Below are positions 1 to 11,017 of a stretch of DNA of 20,000 nucleotides, in pieces. Position numbers and translations under genes: made by a program. The stretch is from an uncultured virus (IMG/VR IMGVR_UViG_2061766007_000665) (taxonomy: Duplodnaviria > Heunggongvirae > Uroviricota > Caudoviricetes): IMG/VR virus record IMGVR_UViG_2061766007_000665; one strand, 5' to 3'. The notes under the pieces are model-generated. The model worked only from the letters and a program-made list of their open reading frames with translations, made no database searches and was not told where the DNA came from. Position 1 is the stretch's first letter. Every line of letters begins with the position of its first letter.

Positions 1-1
1 T

Positions 2-2893
2 TTTGATTATATTGATAGTCAAATTGAAAAAGTTTATGCTAGTAACTTAGTAACTGCAGACGGACGTAATATAGATGACGAAATTACCAAAATTACCAAC
101 GAATTAAGTTTGTTGACATCCACAGTCGATAATTATCAAACTCAATTAAATGAATTAGATCAGCAAATTGCAAAAGATGAACATCGTTTAGATATATGGA
201 ATGGGATTTATACAAAATTAAAAAACATGGATCCAAACGATTTTGCTAAGTCTTTACGGGGAGAAGGATATACTGTTGAAGATCTTACCACAGAACTTGA
301 ACGTCTTGAAACTTTATTAAATCATATTAATAAGGAATATAGGGCGTATTTGGTTAATGGCACAGATAGCTTTACCGATTATTATTCTTTAACTGCAGAA
401 GTTTTACAACGGCTGCAAGGTGAATATTTAGCGTTAAGAAATGGATATGCGGAAAATTCTAAAGAATGGCTCGAGTATGATTCTAAATATCAAGATGCTT
501 TAATGAAAGCAAAGAATCTCGATGATGAATTGGTTCAAGATCAAATATCGACTCTTAATAATCTTAAAGCCACTGTTTCTTTAAGAAAAGATGAGTATGC
601 TACATTAATTAAAACTGCAGACACAGACGCTGAGCGCATAGAATATTTAAAGCAGTATAATGATGCTCTTGAAGAGCAAATTAATTTAATGAAGTCTGCT
701 TACCAATTCCAAAAGGATATGATGGATTTCCGGATGGAGTATATTTCTGGTGATACGAATTCAGGCAATTATAAATCACTTATTGGTTTAATGCGTACAA
801 ATTTGGAAACGCAAATTACTGTTGCCAAAGAAGCATATGATACAATCAACAAGAGATTTGATGAAGAATTTGTAGAAGGACTATGGAATAGAACAGACGA
901 AAACGGTAATCGCTTATTCTCAACTAGAGAGGATGCTTTAAGATGGGCTCAATCTGCTGAGGGTCAAATGCAGCTTAATGCAGAGAAACTTGGAGATTCT
1001 GGTTATCAGCAAGCTCTGAAGGATTGGTTGGAAGCTTATAAGGCAGTTGGCGATTTAATCGTTCAAGATTTTGAATATCAAATTGCTCAAATTCAAAGAC
1101 AGATAGATGAACTTGATGTTACAAAACCGTCGTCTTGGGGATCAAGAGAAGATATTAATAAATATTATGATTCTTTAATTGGCAAAGTTAGAGACCTTGA
1201 TGTAGCTATATCTAATGCTGGACGTACCGGATATTTGCAAATTGAAAAATTAGANNNNNNNNNNNNNCTCAGCTTCATAAGATTAAAGCTTTATTAGAAG
1301 AATCAGATAAATTAACAGATGAACAAATTGAAGATTATGTAGCAAAATATAACGATATGCTTAAGAAAATCTATGATNNNNNNNNNNNNNNNNNNNNNNN
1401 NNNNNNNNNNNNNNNNTAATGCTGTTACATATTATGTTAATAGTTACATTAGTCAATTAGAAAAGCAAAAAGAAATTATAAGCAACAATTATGATACAGA
1501 GCTTAAAAAATTACAGGACAAACAAAAGTCAATTGAAAGAACCAACAAGCTTATTGAACTTCAAAACAATCTATTAAATGCACAACAAGAAAAACAGCGT
1601 GTTTATCGAACCGGTATTGGTTGGACATATGAATCTAATCGTACTAAAGTTAAAGAGGCTCAAACAGCCCTTGATGATTTTTATAAACAGGATTCTATAG
1701 ACGATTTACAAAACGCCAAGGATCGTGAGTTAGAGCTGTTAGACGCTCGTATTGAAGACTGGAACAATTATTTAAAGATGCTCCAAGTCAAATATGAAGA
1801 ATATGAACGCCTTAATAACTTAAAGCTTGCTCAAGAGATACTAGGAGTTGAAACAGAAGAAGAATTAATGGACGTTCTTCTTAATGACGCTCTAGCATTC
1901 CATGAAATGTATGAGATGAGCCAAGAAGCGTTTTTAGATAATCAGATAAATGCATATGATAGATACACTAGTGTTTTAGATGAATTTCTTGGTGACTATG
2001 AAGAAAATGTAATTGCCTTAGAAGGGCTAAAGGAGCGTTGGATTCAAGCATTAGATATATCCGATTATATTTCTAAGAACGATAACAACCCTCAGTCTGC
2101 TGCAGCGCTTGACGTAGCAACAACCCCAATTGGGACTTATGAACCAACCACTATTGATAAAAATGATTGGGCGAATGTTGATTTCTCTATATTAATGGAG
2201 CGTGCAAAAGCAAGTCCAGATGGTAGATTACATGACCCAAGTTCGCCATATGATGGTTATTCATATCAACAGCTTGCTTCAATGAGAAATCAAAAAATTG
2301 AATACTTTGGCATGGAAACCGATAGTCCTGGATCGTCTACATATGGAAGAGATTCTTCTGGCTATATTGTTGATACTGATACGTTGATTGATCTTCAAAC
2401 AACTGGTAAGGGTAGAGTCGATACCGATACTGGTGTAATTATTACCCAGCCGTCTGAACCAACCGTTGTAATTGACAATGTTGAAATTACCGGAACAGAT
2501 GCGATTGCCGCAGAAAAGGCGTATCTTGAGTGGTTAAAAGCAAATGGAACATATGGCGAAGCAGAATGGGCAAAAGCTCAATTAGAAGAATTGATTCAGG
2601 GGGGATATGCTGGAGGAATAGTTAATGGTCCTGTTAATTATACTGGTCTTGCCATGCTTCATGGATCCAGTTCTTCTCCCGAATATGTTTTAAATAGTGA
2701 CCAAGCTTATAACCTACTAAGGTATCTTTCTACAACTCGCCCAGATTATACAACTACTGGCGGAGTTGATACTGGCACTCAGTATATTGTTCAAGGAGAT
2801 GTCGTTCTCGAAGGGGTTAATGACCCTCAGAGATTCTGGGATGAAGTTACTAATGCAATGAGCTCTCGTTGGTCAGTTACTAAAAATCGTTAA
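2..2893 (+). CDS. Tail tape measure protein, C-terminal ~960 aa (5'-truncated; spans two N gaps)
   Basis: The frame is open from base 2 (FDYIDSQIEK...). The piece between the gaps reads QLHKIKALLEESDKLTDEQIEDY. The protein is a long E/Q/K/L-rich coiled coil. The C-terminal GYAGG...YTGLAMLHGS..SPEYVLN motif is typical of tape measure protein ends, and tail genes follow. Confidence 0.8.
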
Positions 2894-2926
2894 ACTTAAT
2901 TAACACAGAGGAGGAAGGCAGCGGCG

Positions 2927-5900
2927 GTGAGTATTTTNNNNNNNNNNNNNNNNNNNNNNNNNNNNNNNNNNNNNNNNNNNNNNNNNNNNNNNNNNNAATC
3001 ACAAGCCATCTCTTACAGAGATTGACACAACTGAAAATAACACTTTCTCATGTATGGTAAATACGTCTGGGGAACCTGTTATGGCATATAAAATGTCGAT
3101 TTTAAGTGAAGATGGATCGGATCTTGTGGCGGNNNNNNNNNNNNNNNNNNNNNNNNNNNNNNNNNNNNNNNNNNNNNNNNTTAATAAAAGTCAAATTAAC
3201 ATAAAAAATATTACTAACAGCGTGTCCCCATATACTAATTTGATTAATGGCAAGAATTATCAGTGGGGAATTCGTTTATACAATGCAAAAAAGGGGAGCA
3301 CTAGCCAACCGAACACGAAAGTATGTGATGGCTATTTAGTGGGTTCTACTAAATATGTGATTTGGATGAAACTTGCCAATCAGACTACAACCAATAAAGA
3401 TGTAGCCGATCAAATTGTGCAAGATCGGTATATTGAATTTAACATAGTAGACAAAGACAAATTATTAGTTGGAGCACACGAACCTCAAGATAAGGTTGTT
3501 CCAGATGTCGTTAGTTCCAATCATCCGTTTATTCAAAGAAAAAAGATAGATTGGGTTACTAAAGAACTTGGTGAAAGTAAAAACTATATTAAACTTGAGA
3601 CACACGAAAATTTTGATTATGATTTCGTTAGTGGCACAAGTTTTAATATTTATCTTTGTTCTTCTGATCATACGGTCACTAGTGCTTTTGCTGATCCAAA
3701 CACTAACATTAATGTTGCTGACAAGATAATGATTTACGCAAATGCTNNNNNNNNNNNNNCCGGCCTCTGATCAGGCTACAGTTACTGCGAAAGAAACAAG
3801 TCGCTCTATTGTTGGATATTCTTCTGATACAGGTGAAATCAGAGTACATGATGCATGGAACGAAGCGCCAGTAAATGGAAATGTTTATCGTATATTTGAA
3901 CAAGACGTATCTACCAAACTATATAGAGAAATTTTTTCTTCTGATTTAAAANNNNNNNNNNTATTCTGCTACTGCACAGTCTGGAATTAGTTATTATAGC
4001 ACTATGGATTCTAGTCAGGCGGCTGGTACATTACCAACCCCATATCCATGTTATATAGTAGATAGTACATGGAGCAGAGTGTTTAAGGCTGGTACGCCAT
4101 ATTATGTATTAAATTCTGCATTAGATGTCGCTTCCTTCACAACGCTACAAGCTCATGGAGTTACTGCATATGACGGAAAATGTGGTATTGTTGAAATAGA
4201 CCCAAATAATACAAGTGATGCGGACCGCGCTCATGGCGGCACATGGAACTGTTTGTTTTCAGATGTAAATGAGCTGTCAACCATGTACAACTCTCAGAAA
4301 ATCGGCGGTAACCCTATTGCTGATACCAGCAATAATTTTAAGACTATAAACAATAACTGGGTTATAGAGGGTACTTTTAGAGACCATACTGGTTCATATG
4401 CTACAGTATATAACAATGAATTTTATATTGGCGGAGTTACATCCAATATTGGTTCAAAGGAGCCTTGTGTAATATATAAAGAGAGCAACAATTATTATAG
4501 ATATCAGCCAAGCATCACCAATGGGACTTATATCGGAGGTTTTACTTTAATTACAGATATAACCGACCTTGGTAATAGATTCTTTATTCAACCAAATGTT
4601 AATATTAAAAGCGATACCTATAATCCGAACGAAATTGTGTTTGCTAACGGCAGCAGAGTTGATATTATTGAGCAATATTATTATACCATTAATGGTAGAA
4701 TAGTAGATGATGCCACGGACGATACACCCGGCGCAAAAAAAGTAGATTGCACTTTTAACAAGCTTGATAATTCGCAGTGGCTATTAGAAAAGAGTGCGCT
4801 TGATAGAAGCTCTAATGTTTTAACTTCTATTGGTGTGCCGCAAACAGCTCCGCAATCAGATTATGTTATATACACAGATTTTGCCGATAGCGCCCCATAC
4901 AACGTGTTTTATGCGCGTAAAGAGCCGTATCATGTAATTCAATACAGAAATGCTGGCGACGATATTGTTGATGGATATGTTGATCCAGATACTCCTGGAT
5001 ATCCTAGCGTTGATCCAGGGGTAATTCCTAATATTAGAGAAGTTTCTGTGTTTAAAGATATATACATGAATCCGATTGAAGATGATCTAAAATCCACAAT
5101 TTATATTTATCATGATCTAAACACTGATTATTATTATAGATATAAAAATCGTCATTTTGAATATATTGATGGTGGGGTTTGGGAAGACATTTTAGCTGAG
5201 GGTCAATACTTTGGAGCCCCTCATGCATGGCGTATGGCCGAATTTAGAACAAAGTGGTGGTTTGAAGATGATTTGCCGACTCAGATTAAAAGCTATCAAT
5301 ATAGCTTANNNNNNNNNNACTCCAGAATTGATTAAGCAAAGCGAAGTATATTATAACACAGGAACCCTGTGGTCTTTTAGTGGCTTAGACGGTATTAAAA
5401 GTGACTATTATAGCCATGATGACCCCCATAGATACACTATCGCTGTTAAGATTTTAGATGAGTATGATAAAGAGTATAATTGGCAAAACAACTTTTCTAT
5501 TTTCTATGACACTGATAGTTCTCATGTATCAATGAAAGTTGTTCCAGACTGTAATACACAATCTGTTTATATCGAAGTCAATTCTCCGGTTTATGCGCAG
5601 ACTTCTGATTTTGAAGAAGAAGAGTGGGGATCACTAGAAACAGTAGAAGGCGATGATTTGGTTTCTATTAGAAAGGCAACTGATCCAAATTTTGCTAATG
5701 CAGAGAACGGTGTAGTAATTGACAGTGGGAAAACCTTAAATTACGATGGACTTGTAGAAGATCCAACGCCCTTAAGATTCCCTAGCGATTTTTCATTCTA
5801 TACAGAGTTTCAACTCACTAAANNNNNNNNNNNNNNNNNNNNNNNNNNNNNNNNNNNNNNNNNNNNNNNNNNAAATTACTGCCGACACACCTGATGAAGA

Positions 5901-7258
5901 CCTGGATCCGTCAATTCCATTATTTGAAATCCAACATAATACAGGGAATGTAATTTATAGTGTTGACGCCGGTGTAACTTATTATAAAAAGACTATACCT
6001 GCTAATACCCCATATTATACANNNNNNNNNNNNNNNNNNNNNNNNNNNNNNNNNNNNNGCTATTTTGTTACTACGGAATATAGCTATATTGAACTAGAGG
6101 TTGGTTCACAAACCAACACATACTATATTGCTACGCAGGTTGCTGGTACCACATCGGCGCCTATAACAAACGATATTACTGTTATAGACAATAAATATTC
6201 TGAAATTGTTATTGGCGGNNNNNNNNNNNNNNNNNNNNNNNNNNNNNNNNNNNNNNNNNNNNNNNNNNNNNNNNNNNNNNNNNNNNNNNNNNNNNNNNNN
6301 NNNNNNNNNNNNNNNNNNNNNNNNNNNNNNNNNNNNNNNNNNNNNNNNNNNNNNNNNNNNNNNNNNNNNNNNNNNNNNNNNNNNNNNNNNNNNNNNNNNN
6401 NNNNNNNNNNNNNNNNNNNNNNNNNNNNNNNNNNNNNNNNNNNNNNNNNNNNNNNNNNNNNNNNNNNNNNNNNNNNNNNNNNNNNNNNNNNNNNNNNNNN
6501 NNNNNNNNNNNNNNNNNNNNNNNNNNNNNNNNNNNNNNNNNNNNNNNNNNNNNNNNNNNNNNNNNNNNNNNNNNNNNNNNNNNNNNNNNNNNNNNNNNNN
6601 NNNNNNNNNNNNNNNNNNNNNNNNNNNNNNNNNNNNNNNNNNNNNNNNNNNNNNNNNNNNNNNNNNNNNNNNNNNNNNNNNNNNNNNNNNNNNNNNNNNN
6701 NNNNNNNNNNNCATTGCATAAAGAAAACGGTCCCGCTCTTACGTGTTTTACAATAGCTGGTCTCGATAGTAACTGGGTTAACATTTTAGAGCCTAGCGCT
6801 CTTACACCAACATATCATANNNNNNNNNNNNNNNNNNNNNNNNNNNNNNNNNNNNNNNNNNNNNNNNNNNNNNNNNNNNNNNNNNNNNNNNNNNNNNATT
6901 GCCAAATGATTCTAACGGGTATAAACACGGTATATATGAAAAGATACAAGGAGAAAACGGTCCCTATCTTAAAATGGTTACTAATAGACAATATATGTTC
7001 CTCGAGTCTACTGATAATATCCCAGGTGACACATATAATACTCTATTAGTTCCTCAAAACAGTCGTTTAGATTCTGGATTAACTGGAGACATAGGCTTTA
7101 ATGATAGTGGCAATGTATGGATTGAGAACAATGAAAATTCTGCTTGGGAAGATATTATAGATTCCAATAAATTCTGCTTCTATATGTATGTACGAGACAA
7201 TAATGGCACTCAGCAGGTTCATGCAGAAGTTGCTTTACAATTAAAAGGAAGGGGGTAA
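2927..7258 (+). CDS. Large (~1400 aa) tail/baseplate structural protein, putative adhesin or receptor-binding protein; one gene broken by N gaps
   Basis: GAGGAGG at 2908-2914 precedes GTG at 2927. The ORF-track pieces (3054, 3742, 4004, 5211, 6714, 6899) and the unannotated pieces 5873-6021 and 6059-6218 each have an open + frame up to the next gap. The composition is beta-rich (Y/N/T/D/I). Stop TAA at 7256-7258. A gene boundary hidden in the 493-nt gap cannot be excluded. Confidence 0.62.
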
Positions 7259-7261
7259 AAC

Positions 7262-8213
7262 ATGGAAAGCTATGTACGTTTTAATCAAAATTTAGTAGTG
7301 AATTTTGTTAAAGTAGAGTCTAAAATATATGAAGACTTAGACGCTGCTAAAACCGCTAAAAGGTCTGTTACCAGCTCTACTGTATTATATAATAACTTTG
7401 AAAATAATGTTGATGCCCTCTATTATAATATTGGCGTTACAGACTATACTAGAAGCTACATTTATCGTAGAAGATACTTNNNNNNNNNNNNNNNNNNNNN
7501 NNNNNNNNNNNNNNNNNNNNNNNNNNNNNNNNNNNNNNNNNNNNNNNNNNNNNNNNNNNNNNNNNNNNNNNNNNNNNNNNNNNNNNNNNNNNNNNNNNNN
7601 AATTTTTACTCATACCAGGTGGGATAGTTGGAGCATTAGTAATGTTGAAGCATCTGCTACTGATAATAATATATTGTATCAAACCGGCACTATTTGGAAG
7701 CTTGGGTTAAATTTAAACGAAGAAAACTTGACTCAAAATATAGGGGTTACATCATGGGATACATTAGGAAAATATCCCAAAATTTCTGTTGGACAGAAGA
7801 ATTATGAAAGCTCAACAGTCACTTGCCTATTGGGATCAATGCAAGAAGTCGTAGACGATCGTATTGTTTCAACCAAAGAGGGATATGATGATGTGGAACA
7901 CAATATAGTGTGCAAAACCGAAGATAAGTTTGACACAAGATACAGATATACAGAGCGCAATAATATAAATACTCGTTATGGAAGAGAAGTCGAAAAGCTT
8001 GATGCTTGGAGAAAATTCTGTTCTGATGGTGAGTTGAAACTATTAAAGGACCTTAAAGGAAACGCATGGATTGTGCAAATAGTAGACATGCCATCGCATT
8101 CAATTAATCATGGGGCTTTTAATCTTCCAACAACAATTAGTTTCGCATGGAAAGAAGTTATGGATATTAATTCTGTTTCAATAGTATCTAGCAATATTAA
8201 CGAAGGAGATTAA
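7262..8213 (+). CDS. Putative distal tail (Dit-like) structural protein; spans gap 7480-7600
   Basis: GGAAGGGG precedes ATG 7262. The C-terminal half (DTLGKYPKISVGQKNYESSTVTCLLG...KLLKDLKGNAWIVQI...TTISFAWKEV) resembles Dit/tail-tube-fold proteins. It lies directly upstream of the hub-like gene. Confidence 0.55.
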
Positions 8214-8214
8214 T

Positions 8215-9338
8215 ATGGAACTTTTTGGAGACGTTTTGTTCGAAGAGGGGACAGAAATTTCTAATGAAAACCTCATTAAATTAATTAACCATCCTNNNNN
8301 NNNNNNNNNNNNNNTTAGCGTCCTTAATCAAGACGAGTCTATAAGCTATGTTATTCCACCTAGCGATATTCCCGAAAATGGCATATCATATACTGAAGAA
8401 TATCAAAATGGGGCTAGGCGCAGCATTACGCTAGAGCTTATTAATAAAGATGGAAAATACAGNNNNNNNNNNNNNNNNNNNNNNNNNNNNNCATATTATG
8501 GTTCCCTCGTGGAATTTATATTATGGGGGATGTTAGTTTAACACACAATGACTCTGACAGCACTGTATCAATACAACTTAAAGACAAGTTTGCTATGTTT
8601 GAGGGTAAATTAGGCACTCTAGAAGAAGCATATNNNNNNNNNNATATATGGAGCTATTAATGGTATCTTAAATTCTTCAATGGGCAATGGATATATTTAT
8701 GATTATAAATCTGTTATTCTTGATCCCAGCTTTTATAACTTTAGAACAAAAGCTACTATTAGAATTGAAGAGGGCGGTAGCATCAGTGATTTAATTGATG
8801 CTATCGCTACACAGTTGTCGGCTGAATATTACTATAACAATATTGGGAATTTATGCTTTTATCCAATTAATGAAACCATAGACGACTCAAATAAGCCTAT
8901 TATATGGGTTTTCGATCACCTTTATCGCGAACCTCATAATATGTCTTTAAATTACAAAAACGAAGACGTTATAAATGTAGTAAAAGTTGTCGGAGATAAT
9001 GTTAGTTACGGCATTTATTCAGCTGTAGTTACTAATGAAAACCCTTCTTCGCCAATTTGTATACAACAAATTGGTAGACGCGTAGCACCTAAGTATACTG
9101 AAGCAAATGTATGGTCTAATGATATTGCAGAAAGCTTGGCAAATTATTATCTTAGACAGGCTANNNNNNNNNNNNNNNNNNNNNNNNNGCTGTTAATAAT
9201 ATAATAGAAGTCGATGATGAGTTCACAAGTTTAAGAAGAGATAAATTGTTATTAACTTCTATTTCATATAACAGCGAAAGCGGATTAATGTCATTAAAAC
9301 TGTGTAATACTGCGGATTTGCCAAGTACGTTTAAGTAG
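8215..9338 (+). CDS. Putative baseplate hub / Tal-like tail protein (DUF5048-like); spans four gaps
   Basis: RBS GAAGGAG precedes ATG 8215. Motifs ARRSITLELIN, LKDKFAMFEG, EYYYNNIGNLCF, VINVVKVVG and SPICIQQIGRR fit hub proteins. The last piece reads AVNNIIEVDDEF...ITS-like LTSISY...ADLPSTFK to TAG at 9336-9338. Confidence 0.62.
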
Positions 9339-9346
9339 GTGATATT

Positions 9347-9820
9347 ATGAAGTCAAATAGGTTTGCTGATATGCCGCAATATTCTACCACAGGGAAAAGC
9401 ACTACTCAGCCCACAATATCAAATATTACTCCTTCTGGCAATGCTGATCGCATGTTAAATATAATTAATACATGCATTGAAAACGCATTAAAATCTGTTA
9501 CAAGTTTATCAGGCGCTATTGTAACCGGCATAAATACTGACGGGACAGTAAATGTAAGGATTCCTCCTAATGATAAGATATTTACTAATATACCAAATCA
9601 GACTCCTTTTGAATTGGTGCCAGGCGACTGTGTTGAGCTTATGCTTAAAAATGGGAGCTTTAATAATTGTTGGATTATTGCTAAACATGAAGCCACTTTT
9701 AATGGGAAACAAGCAAAAGCATCATTAGAAGATCAGGGCTCCCTGCTTGTGGCTGATAATATTTCATATGAGGGTGGAATTAGCGCTCAGGTAGTAAATG
9801 AGGTATTAGAACTTTTTTAA
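9347..9820 (+). CDS. Small tail-tip protein with OB-fold-like motif (spike/baseplate-associated), 157 aa
   Basis: RBS AGGTGA at 9337-9342. GAIVTGINTDGTVNVRIP...IPNQTPFELVPGDCVELM resembles the gp5/gpV N-terminal OB-fold pattern. It follows the hub-like gene. Confidence 0.55.
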   Translation: MKSNRFADMPQYSTTGKSTTQPTISNITPSGNADRMLNIINTCIENALKSVTSLSGAIVTGINTDGTVNVRIPPNDKIFTNIPNQTPFELVPGDCVELMLKNGSFNNCWIIAKHEATFNGKQAKASLEDQGSLLVADNISYEGGISAQVVNEVLELF

Positions 9821-9831
9821 ATTATTTTTTG

Positions 9832-9970
9832 AAAACGCTTGACTTTAGCTTCGCATTGTGTTAGAATCTAACTATNNNNNNNNNNNNNNNNNNNNNNNNN
9901 NNNNNNNNNNNNNNNNNNNNNNNNNNNNNNNNNNNNNNNAAAACTTTTCAAAAACGCTTGACTTTAGCTT
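9832..9970 (+). repeat. 20-bp perfect direct repeat AAAACGCTTGACTTTAGCTT (9832-9851 and 9951-9970)
   Basis: Read directly from the sequence. Each copy contains a -35 box. Confidence 0.95.
9839..9867 (+). promoter_or_regulatory. sigma70/sigmaA promoter P1 (TTGACT-17 bp-TAGAAT, extended -10)
   Basis: TTGACT at 9839-9844, a 17-nt spacer ending TGTGT, TAGAAT at 9862-9867, and an AT-rich tract upstream. Confidence 0.8.
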
Positions 9971-9986
9971 TTAAATGTGTTATATT
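9958..9986 (+). promoter_or_regulatory. sigma70/sigmaA promoter P2 (TTGACT-17 bp-TATATT, extended -10)
   Basis: TTGACT at 9958-9963, a 17-nt spacer ending TGTGT, TATATT at 9981-9986. It lies about 80 nt upstream of the SSB-like ATG. Confidence 0.8.
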
Positions 9987-10065
9987 TATTATGCGAATGA
10001 AAGTTCGCTCCAATTCTATTTTATTATCAAAAGGTTTTAAAGTTTTAAGGAGAAGACAAAAAACA

Positions 10066-11004
10066 ATGGAAGAACGTGTAACTGATCAGCTTAGAAAACT
10101 TACAAACAAAGTGACTCTTTCTGGATTACTGACACAGCTTAGCGAAATGAGAACTGGCACAAATAAGAATGGCGTCGATTATATTTCCTTTAATGGTGCT
10201 ATTAAGTGTGAACCCGGCAAGAACACAAAAGATGTAAAATTTGAAGTGTTTGCTAATGCAAAAACCGCTAAGGGCGCAGATAGTAAAACCTATGCTGCTA
10301 TGAAAAAGTGGTATAGCACGGCTGTTCCCGATATTAAGGATCCTGGCCACGGAACCATGGTATCTATGACTGGTTCTGTTGAAGATCGTCCTTATGTTAA
10401 CAGCAAGGGTGAGCTTATTGAAGACGTACGTTTTAGAATGACTTATATTAACACTTTTGAGGAATATGGCGCTCGCATGGATCTTGAGGGCTTTATTGCC
10501 CAGATTTATGATGAAGAGATTGGGAAAAATGAAGAAAAGACCTTCACCGGTAGACAGTGTATGCGTCTCATTACTAAAGATTATTCCAACCTTGTTAGTT
10601 TCCGCAAAATCATTATTCCTGCAGAGCTTGTAGAGCCTATGCAGGCTGCTGGATATGAACAGGGAGCCACAGCTCTGTTTTATATCAAGATTACCACTGG
10701 TTCTAATTCTAATGCTACAGCAGGCGGTATTGGAGAAGTTCCCAAGGCAGAATTTCTTCGTAGAGAATATGTTATGACTGGTGCAGCCCCTGTTATTGAG
10801 GCAGATTCTGAAAGAGCGATTCCGAAAAAGCTTATGGAAAAAGCTCTTAATGAGCGTAATACCAGACTTGCTGCTATTCTTGCAGAAGGTTACAAGGGTA
10901 AAGGAGAAACTCAGACGGCCGCTATTGGCACAATGGGGGGAATTGGGTCTCCGGTACACGAGCCGATTTTAGATGACGCTGAAGACGACGATATGCCGTT
11001 CTAA
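10066..11004 (+). CDS. Phage single-stranded DNA-binding protein-like (312 aa; SPbeta YorF position)
   Basis: RBS AAGGAGA at 10047-10053 precedes ATG 10066. It has an OB-like start (NKVTLSGLL), a Gly-rich linker and an acidic SSB-type tail DDAEDDDMPF. It is adjacent to a Sak4-like ATPase. Confidence 0.75.
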   Translation: MEERVTDQLRKLTNKVTLSGLLTQLSEMRTGTNKNGVDYISFNGAIKCEPGKNTKDVKFEVFANAKTAKGADSKTYAAMKKWYSTAVPDIKDPGHGTMVSMTGSVEDRPYVNSKGELIEDVRFRMTYINTFEEYGARMDLEGFIAQIYDEEIGKNEEKTFTGRQCMRLITKDYSNLVSFRKIIIPAELVEPMQAAGYEQGATALFYIKITTGSNSNATAGGIGEVPKAEFLRREYVMTGAAPVIEADSERAIPKKLMEKALNERNTRLAAILAEGYKGKGETQTAAIGTMGGIGSPVHEPILDDAEDDDMPF

Positions 11005-11017
11005 GAGGTGAAGAAAT

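Noticed and set aside
6106..6784. ORF-track entries made almost wholly of X
   Set aside because: These are artifacts of translating through the 493-nt N gap.
6722..6971. Repeat pair as DGR template/variable repeats
   Set aside because: Similarity covers only ~20 bp, the mismatches (GC vs TA) are not adenine-specific, and no reverse transcriptase is present in the window.
9832..9970. 20-bp repeat as a CRISPR array or att site
   Set aside because: Only two copies are visible, each aligns precisely with promoter elements, and there is no cas or integrase gene in the window.
9958..10065. TTG-initiated 36-aa N-terminal extension of the SSB-like ORF
   Set aside because: The TTG is part of the P2 -35 box. 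ATG 10066 has a proper RBS.
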